Assembly (NCBI RefSeq): GCF_001194135.2
Contig: NC_068991.1
Location: 3,249,475 to 3,282,334 of the forward strand
Length of the DNA: 32,860 bases
Source: Octopus bimaculoides
Lineage: Eukaryota
Reading direction: 5' to 3'
Under the pieces are notes generated by a model that worked only from the letters and a program-made list of their open reading frames with translations, searched no databases and was not told the DNA's origin. Shown here in pieces: positions 24,067-32,860 of this stretch. Positions within the stretch are counted from its first letter, which is position 1, and each line of letters opens with the position of its first letter. A program made the translations under genes and the position numbers.

Positions 24067-24560
24067 AAGACTTGAAAGATATCAAGTCAGTCAGGAATTG
24101 GCGGAATTTTCCAATTCTTCAAAATATATTTATACATATGCATGCAACCAATAAAAATTTCTGACCTGGAGTTCAATTGAGAGTTAGGGATCTTAGATCT
24201 GAACAGGATCTGCGCTCTTTCAGGCAAGCAAAGTCCATATTTTTTTTATCCTGTCACAAACTTTTGGTGGTTCCATGCATATGTATGAATATATTTAGAA
24301 GAATTGGAAAATTCTACCTATTTCCGACTGACATGATATCATTCCAGCCTTATCAGTTAAGGTCTAAGGAAGATAGCACTTAAAAAATTTTTTTTACATT
24401 TTAGCTTCGGTTTTTCGTTTCCGTTGTTTACTAAAAGCGTTTTCTATATGCTGCCTCCTCAGTTTTTTTTGCGTTCCTTCTATTTATTCAATTTCTTTAG
24501 TTCGTAATATGTGGTTTGTGCCTGAATATATATATATATATTTTTATTTATTTATTTATG

Positions 24561-24596
24561 TGTTTCAGCCAAGTGGCTGCGGTCATGCTGGTGCAC
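24561..24596 (-). mobile_element. Short SINE family A 3'-terminal fragment
   Basis: tgtttcagccaagtggctgcggtcatgctggtgcac versus tgtttcagtcatttgactacggccacgctggagcac at 8705-8740. Confidence 0.6.
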
Positions 24597-24784
24597 ATGT
24601 ATATCAGAGTAAGAAATGGAAAATCCTTGGTATGGGATTATATATTTTTAAAATGAGTAGAAATTGCTTTTCTGATAATTCTTCCACTTTAATAGTGAGA
24701 TATTTATAAACATCTCATTATGAAAGTGGAAAAATTATCAGGAATGCTATTTCTATTCATTTTTTCAAATACACACACACACAC

Positions 24785-24831
<47 letters not shown>

Positions 24832-25311
24832 NNNNNNNNNNNNNNNNNNNNNNNNNNNNNNNNNNNNNNNNNNNNNNNNNNNNNNNNNNNNNNNNNNNNN
24901 NNNNNNNNNNNNNNNNNNNNNNNNNNNNNNNNNNNNNNNNNNNNNNNNNNNNNNNNNNNNNNNNNNNNNNNNNNNNNNNNNNNNNNNNNNNNNNNNNNNN
25001 NNNNNNNNNNNNNNNNNNNNNNNNNNNNNNNNNNNNNNNNNNNNNNNNNNNNNNNNNNNNNNNTGTGTGTGTGTGTGTGTGGGGGGGTTGTATGTGTGTG
25101 TGTGTGTATGTGTGTGTGTGTGTATGTGTGTGTGTGTATTATAATGACGTACTGAGCTGTCGATATGTAAATAGATAAAGAGACGAGACGATAATATAAA
25201 TATGTTACGTATACGTAAAGAGCAGACGACAAATTATTTTGGTTGACGAACAATTGATTATAGCAGACGACACAGGGCGATCCTAGCATGAAACAGATGT
25301 TTTGAAGAAAG

Positions 25312-25407
25312 AAAGAAAGAAAGAAGAAAGGAAGCAAAGAAAGAAAGAAGAAAGGAAGCAAAGAAAGAAAGAAGAAAGGAAGCAAAGAAAGAAAGAAGAA
25401 AGGAAGC
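25312..25407 (+). repeat. 24-bp minisatellite x4 (aaagaaagaaagaagaaaggaagc)
   Basis: Four exact consecutive units are visible. They give the FFLSLLPF repeats in the minus-strand ORF track. Confidence 0.95.
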
Positions 25408-26168
25408 AAAGAAATAAGTTGAAATGATGAAAGAATTGGAAACGGAAAAAAAAAGAAAAGAAATGAGTGAGCGAAAATAATTACGAAAACTGCAACGTAG
25501 GCAGGATAGCTTAATGAATCCCATACCGTCAGATTCAACTTATACAACCAATGTTGTCATCGTTGTCATGATCATGATACAATAATCATTGTCATCATCA
25601 TCATCATAAACATCATATTTTCCTCCTCTTCCTCCTCCTCCCCCCCTCATCATCATCATCATCANNNNNNNNNNNNNNNNNNNNNNNNNNNNNNNNNNNN
25701 NNNNNNNNNNNNNNNNNNNNNNNNNNNNNNNNNNNNNNNNNNNNNNNNNNNNNNNNNNNNNNNNNNNNNNNNNNNNNNNNNNNNNNNNNNNNNNNNNNNN
25801 NNNNNNNNNNNNNNNNNNNNNNNNNNNNNNNNNNNNNNNNNNNNNNNNNNNNNNNNNNNNNNNNNNNNNNNNNNNNNNNNNNNNNNNNNNNNNNNNNNNN
25901 NNNNNNNNNNNNNNNNNNNNNNNNNNNNNNNNNNNNNNNNNNNNNNNNNNNNNNNNNNNNNNNNNNNNNNNNNNNNNNNNNNNNNNNNNNNNNNNNNNNN
26001 NNNNNNNNNNNNNNNNNNNNNNNNNNNNNNNNNNNNNNNNNNNNNNNNNNNNNNNNNNNNNNNNNNNNNNNNNNNNNNNNNNNNNNNNNNNNNNNNNNNN
26101 NNNNNNNNNNNNNNNNNNNNNNNNNNNNNNNNNNNNNNNNNNNNNNNNNNNNNNNNNNNNNNNNNNNN

Positions 26169-26226
<58 letters not shown>

Positions 26227-26351
26227 ACATACAAGGTTCAATGCACGAACCTCTCTGACCATGAGTCACTGTAAAATTTGCTGATTATTATATAAAAGTA
26301 TTCTTTTATAATACAGCATACTCCGCCAGAAGTATCACGTTTTCAATGGCG

Positions 26352-26880
26352 CTAATCTTTAGTGATAGGCATTCTGTGTTGGAGGGAGTTCGATATGGCG
26401 TCTGTCTTTGGATTTTCTTTCCGAGATACGGGTTCATTGGACGTTTTGTGGATCAGGAGGTTAAGTTGTTTTTTGGAAACATCTACTCTTACCTTATATA
26501 GATGTCTCATATATTTTTTGCAAGATATTAAATGACTGAGGATCAAGCTATTGGGGAACAGTGAGTGAAGCGACATCCAGTTCAGGGCCAGTATATCTTT
26601 CGATGCCAAAATGTAGTACCAAACGCCTCCAAAACCTTCCATACGTTTACCACTGCGCATCTCTCGCGTCTTCGCTCCATAGATTAGAATCGTAGCTTTT
26701 TCAGTCTCCTACAGCTGCTCAGCTGTTCCATTGATGCTATCTTCCTGGTGTAGCACCGCTGGACTGCCTCAGATCCCGCTATAATTTGACGATACGGTAT
26801 TACCACAGCCGAGAGCAATAATCCAGACGGCTGAGTACAAACGTCTTCCGTAGTTTCCTGGATCCTTGATCTGAAAATAC
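26352..26880 (-). mobile_element. 5'-truncated CR1/L2-group LINE remnant (C-terminal end of ORF2)
   Basis: Minus-strand translation with frameshifts gives KTFVLSRLDYCSRLW*...EAVQRCYTRKIASMEQLSSCRRLKKLRF*SMERRRERCAVVNVWKVLE...PQSFNIL...VDVSKKQLNLLIHKTSNEP...SNSLQH. This matches the post-RT motifs of CR1-type ORF2 (LxYCxxxW, LExVQR, LxLxSLERRR, W/FNxLP, FKxxLD). Confidence 0.85.
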
Positions 26881-26918
26881 ACATGTTTCGAGTTCTATTT
26901 TCCACTTTGCTTCACCAA

Positions 26919-26919
<1 letters not shown>

Positions 26920-26982
<63 letters not shown>
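26920..26982. repeat. (TCTA)n microsatellite at the 5' truncation point of the LINE relic
   Basis: Direct reading. Confidence 0.97.
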
Positions 26983-26983
<1 letters not shown>

Positions 26984-27030
26984 ATAGATGGAGAGATCAA
27001 CAGACAAATAAATATGTACATATGTATATT

Positions 27031-27071
<41 letters not shown>

Positions 27072-27806
27072 NNNNNNNNNNNNNNNNNNNNNNNNNNNNN
27101 NNNNNNNNNNNNNNNNNNNNNNNNNNNNNNNNNNNNNNNNNNNNNNNNNNNNNNNNNNNNNNNNNNNNNNNNNNNNNNNNNNNNNNNNNNNNNNNNNNNN
27201 NNNNNNNNNNNNNNNNNNNNNNNNNNNNNNNNNNNNNNNNNNNNNNNNNNNNNNNNNNNNNNNNNNNNNNNNNNNNNNNNNNNNNNNNNNNNNNNNNNNN
27301 NNNNNNNNNNNNNNNNNNNNNNNNNNNNNNNNNNNNNNNNNNNNNNNNNNNNNNNNNNNNNNNNNNNNNNNNNNNNNNNNNNNNNNNNNNNNNNNNNNNN
27401 NNNNNNNNNNNNNNNNNNNNNNNNNNNNNNNNNNNNNNNNNNNNNNNNNNNNNNNNNNNNNNNNNNNNNNNNNNNNNNNNNNNNNNNNNNNNNNNNNNNN
27501 NNNNNNNNNNNNNNNNNNNNNNNNNNNNNNNNNNNNNNNNNNNNNNNNNNNNNNNNNNNNNNNNNNNNNNNNNNNNNNNNNNNNNNNNNNNNNNNNNNNN
27601 NNNNNNNNNNNNNNNNNNNNNNNNNNNNNNNNNNNNNNNNNNNNNNNNNNNNNNNNNNNNNNNNNNNNNNNNNNNNNNNNNNNNNNNNNNNNNNNNNNNN
27701 NNNNNNNNNNNNNNNNNNNNNNNNNNNNNNNNNNNNNNNNNNNNNNNNNNNNNNNNNNNNNNNNNNNNNNNNNNNNNNNNNNNNNNNNNNNNNNNNNNNN
27801 NNNNNN

Positions 27807-27841
<35 letters not shown>

Positions 27842-28075
27842 TATATACACATATATATGTACACATATTTATGTATATACATACATACATATATGCATGT
27901 GTATATTTGTGTATACACACACATGCACACACACACACACACACACTTACACACACATACACACGCACATAAATTCTGCCTTGTCTGTCCATCTTTCTGT
28001 CTATGCTATGTTTTTTCTCTCTACCTTTTTATATCGACCATCACCTCTCGCATCCGTTTCCTCCTCGGCTCCTAT

Positions 28076-28078
<3 letters not shown>

Positions 28079-28145
<67 letters not shown>

Positions 28146-28420
28146 GCTCGTATTGGTGCTTCCGTTCTCGTTCAGCTTCCCCCGCCACCCGCTCCCGCCT
28201 CCAGCGCTCTCACACTTTTATTATTTTCTTTTGTTTCCTATCGTTGTTGTTGTTGTTGCCATTGCGACTGCTGCTGCTGCTGTTGTTGTTACTGTTGCTG
28301 CTTCTTCTGTTGCTGCTGCTGTCATTTTTGTTGTCGTTGTAGTTACTGCTGCTGCTGCTGCTGCTGCTGCTGTTAGTACAGCTGTTCTTGTTGTTGTCGC
28401 TGTTGTCGTTTGTTTGCCTG
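28079..28420. repeat. (CTA)n plus (TTG)n/(CTG)n compound trinucleotide region
   Basis: Direct reading. Confidence 0.93.
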
Positions 28421-28968
28421 TTTGTTGTACGGTAAGACTGTGTTCAAGTGCAGTCCAACCGAGACTACTCCTTCGGAACAAGAAAAAAAGAAAAAACATA
28501 CAAAAGTGTAAACAGAAGAGAGAAAAAAAAAAGAAAAAGAAAACGAATATCAAAACAAAAAACCTACACAAAAAAAATATATCTATAAATTTCATTGTGT
28601 GTGTGTGTGTGTGTATAAATACATAAATATTCATTGATACATATTTTTTATATATATATATATATTTATATACATACATACACATATCTTATAAATTATA
28701 TATCGTATGCTAACTTCTGTATATATGAAAATAGAACATATTACATACTTGTTAACATACACACATTACAAAGTTGTATATAATATGTAAAAGTATACAC
28801 CCATATAAATATATATACAATTATATAAATATCCCACAAATATATGTATACATGGATATGAATACATAAATATACATATACACACACTATACATATATAC
28901 GTACATATATACGTACATATATATACACACACATATATATATATACATATACATATATACGTACATAT

Positions 28969-29001
<33 letters not shown>

Positions 29002-29002
29002 C

Positions 29003-29049
<47 letters not shown>

Positions 29050-29108
29050 TTCATGTACATAAAAATCGAATCATATCATATACATATCAACGTTTAGACA
29101 CGCACACG

Positions 29109-29143
<35 letters not shown>

Positions 29144-29278
29144 TCATACACGCATGCACAAACACATACGTAAAATATACAAACAGATTAACATTTCCGT
29201 ACATTGAGCAACACAAGTCATATATATTCCTGTGAGTGCGAGTGCGCGTGCGTGTAAGATCGGTGGTTGTTTGCGAAG

Positions 29279-29338
29279 GAGAAGAAGAAGAAGAAGAAGA
29301 AGAAGAAGAAGAAGAAGAAGAAGAAGAAGAAGAAGAAG
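29279..29338. repeat. (GAA)n microsatellite
   Basis: Direct reading, ~20 units. Confidence 0.98.
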
Positions 29339-29794
29339 ACGAAAGAGCTTTACCGCGCAGGTCGGCCACAGATTGAACAACATGTCTCCCGTGTAACGAT
29401 CGTCTGCTGGACAAGTCATGTGATAAAGAAGAACAGAGAAGAAGATTAAGATAGAAGATAAAGAAGGGGAGAGAAAGTAAAGGAGGACATTGGATGTTGT
29501 TATATTATTTCCGTGTGTTTCTCTCTACCTTACAAGTATTTATCTATAGCAACGACGTTCTTTGTACCAAATCGAATGCAAACCTTAGCAAAGGCACATT
29601 CAGGTGAAGTATTTTTTATTCATATTTCCAATACGTTTTCAGGTCTTTCGGGGATTTTATAATATATTTCGTTCATTATTGTTTTGTTGTTTGTGCCACA
29701 TCGTTACGCTCTTGGCTTCGATATACAAAAAACATGGAGAATATTTTTATGTATTTTTTATATTATATAGTGTATGTGTGTGTGTGTGTGTGTA

Positions 29795-29857
<63 letters not shown>

Positions 29858-29981
29858 ATCTGTTGCAATTTCCACATTATGAATTAAATGGATATGAAAC
29901 AATATATTACACATGTACTATATATATCTCAATCGTCTCCAGTTTTCCATCCATTTCCCCACAACTCTCTCTCACTTTGTC

Positions 29982-30016
<35 letters not shown>

Positions 30017-30291
30017 TTCATAACAACCAAAATATCAGATGAAAATTAAAAAAAAAAAACAAAAAAAAAGCAATTACGATCGTTCATTGTACCTGAACTG
30101 ACTCATGCGTACAAAGACACGTAAACGATAACAATATATGTAAATATATGTTTAATTATCCCAAATGTCTATCTATATATATATCTATATCTATCTATCT
30201 ACACACACACATGCACACACACACACATAAGTGTGAGATACATATATGTGCATACGTATATACGTATGCACATATCCTTACATTTGCATGA

Positions 30292-30332
<41 letters not shown>

Positions 30333-30659
30333 NNNNNNNNNNNNNNNNNNNNNNNNNNNNNNNNNNNNNNNNNNNNNNNNNNNNNNNNNNNNNNNNNNNN
30401 NNNNNNNNNNNNNNNNNNNNNNNNNNNNNNNNNNNNNNNNNNNNNNNNNNNNNNNNNNNNNNNNNNNNNNNNNNNNNNNNNNNNNNNNNNNNNNNNNNNN
30501 NNNNNNNNNNNNNNNNNNNNNNNNNNNNNNNNNNNNNNNNNNNNNNNNNNNNNNNNNNNNNNNNNATATATATATATATATATATATAAATATATACATA
30601 TATATACATACCTCTATCAACCTATTGCTATATATATATATATAGATATATATATAGAT

Positions 30660-30690
<31 letters not shown>

Positions 30691-31237
30691 TGCGTGTGGG
30701 TGGGTGTTCGTATATCTATGTAAATACACATTTGTGTGTGTGGTTGTGTGTGTGTGTTTATATATATTCTTCACATGTCTATTCACGTTCACTCACGCAC
30801 AAGCACGCTTTCAAATTCGTACGTATGTCTGAGGGTATGCGCGCGTGTGTGTGTGTGCATGTAAGTGTATGAACGTGTGTGTGTGTGTGTGTGTGTGTGT
30901 GCATGTTAAGTGTATGACCGTGTGAGTGAATCTATGTGTGCGTATGCGAGCACGGCACAGGATCTGTTCAGAAGCAACAACAGGAAGAAAGCCTATGAGG
31001 ATGGCATACGCGCCACCACATCCCAAACTACATCAGTTTTAGTTATCTAATGAGTTATTATCGATGTCCCCACACTTTAAATCGCATCGCTATTTCTCTC
31101 CAACCAACTCTAAATAAACATCAAATAAATTCCGCCGGGTGAATTGTGTTTATTTGTACGTGTGTGCATCTAGGTATATAATTATGAGCATAAGTACATG
31201 CGTACATATACATATGCACACTTATACATATATATAT

Positions 31238-31382
31238 GTGGCTGTGCGGTAAGTAGCTTGCTTACCAACCACATGGTTTGGGGTTCAGTTCCACTACGTA
31301 TTTTCTACTATAACCATGGGCCGACCAAAGCCTTGTGAGTGGATTTGGTAGACGGAAACTGAAAGAAGCCCTTCGTATATAT

Positions 31383-31426
<44 letters not shown>

Positions 31427-31428
31427 AT
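31238..31428 (+). mobile_element. SINE family A head and middle, ending in (TA)n
   Basis: gtggctgtgcggtaagtagcttgcttaccaaccacatggtttggggttcagttccac...ggccgaccaaagccttgtgagtggatttggtagacggaaactgaaagaagccc. No tail is visible before gap 31502. Confidence 0.92.
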
Positions 31429-32150
31429 AATTAAGGACTACCGTTATGGTCATTTTTTATACGCTAGTTACTGATAAAATTATTTTAATGATTATATCTT
31501 CNNNNNNNNNNNNNNNNNNNNNNNNNNNNNNNNNNNNNNNNNNNNNNNNNNNNNNNNNNNNNNNNNNNNNNNNNNNNNNNNNNNNNNNNNNNNNNNNNNN
31601 NNNNNNNNNNNNNNNNNNNNNNNNNNNNNNNNNNNNNNNNNNNNNNNNNNNNNNNNNNNNNNNNNNNNNNNNNNNNNNNNNNNNNNNNNNNNNNNNNNNN
31701 NNNNNNNNNNNNNNNNNNNNNNNNNNNNNNNNNNNNNNNNNNNNNNNNNNNNNNNNNNNNNNNNNNNNNNNNNNNNNNNNNNNNNNNNNNNNNNNNNNNN
31801 NNNNNNNNNNNNNNNNNNNNNNNNNNNNNNNNNNNNNNNNNNNNNNNNNNNNNNNNNNNNNNNNNNNNNNNNNNNNNNNNNNNNNNNNNNNNNNNNNNNN
31901 NNNNNNNNNNNNNNNNNNNNNNNNNNNNNNNNNNNNNNNNNNNNNNNNNNNNNNNNNNNNNNNNNNNNNNNNNNNNNNNNNNNNNNNNNNNNNNNNNNNN
32001 NNNNNNNNNNNNNNNNNNNNNNNNNNNNNNNNNNNNNNNNNNNNNNNNNNNNNNNNNNNNNNNNNNNNNNNNNNNNNNNNNNNNNNNNNNNNNNNNNNNN
32101 NNNNNNNNNNNNNNNNNNNNNNTATATGTATATATATATATGTATATATA

Positions 32151-32182
<32 letters not shown>

Positions 32183-32195
32183 AATATTTATATAG

Positions 32196-32265
<70 letters not shown>

Positions 32266-32390
32266 GCATATGTATATATGTATGTATATACATAATTAGA
32301 TACATATTCATATCTAAATATACATACATATATACATACATACATACATACATACTTACATACATACATACATAGGTTGTGCAAATGAAA

Positions 32391-32512
32391 TGCATTAGCT
32401 TGGCGCTCGCTGAAAGGAGTGAGTCTGACGTTTCAAGCATAGCTCTTCGTCGGAAAACAGAAAGTGAAAAGTCCAAAAGTGGAAAAGAAATCGCCAATGA
32501 CGCGAGTGTAAA
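32391..32512 (-). ncRNA. Repeat carrying a minimal hammerhead-ribozyme-like core (32427-32453), Penelope-like-element type
   Basis: The minus strand reads CCGACGA-A-GAGC-TAT-GCTT-GAAAC-GTC: core CYGANGA, a 4-bp stem II, GAAA, a palindromic ACGT stem III and a GUC triplet. U4 is replaced by C and stem I is weak. Confidence 0.5.
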
Positions 32513-32622
32513 GATATATATATATATATATCAGGTATTTCTTTTCCACTTATATGTATGTAGATATATATATACATTTATATCAATCTTTCTATTTGTC
32601 CATACATATGTGTGTATATGTT

Positions 32623-32656
<34 letters not shown>

Positions 32657-32660
32657 CTTA

Positions 32661-32780
32661 ACTACACCCATACTGTTGGTAGGTTCTTTTTCGTCTGGAC
32701 TTTTCCCTTTGTCCCTTCCGATGAAGCCCTATGCCCAAAACGTCCGGTTTCTCTTATCATCGGGCGTCAAGTTAGTACTA
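32661..32780 (+). ncRNA. Second, more decayed copy of the hammerhead-like repeat (core 32718-32744), inverted relative to 32391-32512
   Basis: CCGATGA-A-GCCC-TAT-GCCC-AAAAC-GTC has the same 27-nt spacing. The upstream tggacttttcMcttt and downstream ctcYtWtcaKcgRgcgYcaagYta flanks align with the first copy. Confidence 0.45.
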
Positions 32781-32821
32781 CCTCTTGTTGTCCGTTAATT
32801 CTATCCGTTTACTCGGATTGT

Positions 32822-32860
<39 letters not shown>

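Noticed and set aside
24135-24155. gcaaccaata as a possible 3' TIR of the mariner
   Set aside because: Only about 8 nt resemble the expected ...aacccaaTA, and the rest of the TIR is absent.
28885-29015. Recurring acatatatacgt motif inside (TA)n
   Set aside because: This is ordinary slippage-propagated variation within a dinucleotide repeat.

Overview
This is eukaryotic, AT-rich, microsatellite-saturated intronic or intergenic DNA, with 12 N-gaps (about 5.7 kb, ~17%) that mostly sit inside (TA)n or (CA)n runs. The repeats match, from memory, the tRNA-derived SINEs of octopus (coleoid cephalopod), so the source is probably a short-read Octopus assembly; this is inference, not a database result. 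No protein-coding gene, rRNA, tRNA or CRISPR array can be called with confidence, and almost all ORF-track entries are translations of simple repeats or gaps. Supportable content: about 16 copies or fragments of three SINE families (labelled A, B and C here), a deleted mariner transposon (23380-24066), a CR1-group LINE 3' remnant (26352-26880), a ~2 kb polypurine tract, and a few unique CpG-rich islands that could be exons. The most notable observations are: (1) a divergent inverted pair of ~120-bp elements at 32391-32512 and 32661-32780, each carrying a 27-nt minimal hammerhead-ribozyme-like core with the same non-canonical CCGAYGA variant; (2) a GTCGA-N5-TCGAC stem-loop shared by two different SINE families, with a conserved stem and variable loop; and (3) a possible recursive-splice (AG|GT) site at 9451/9450 on the minus strand.
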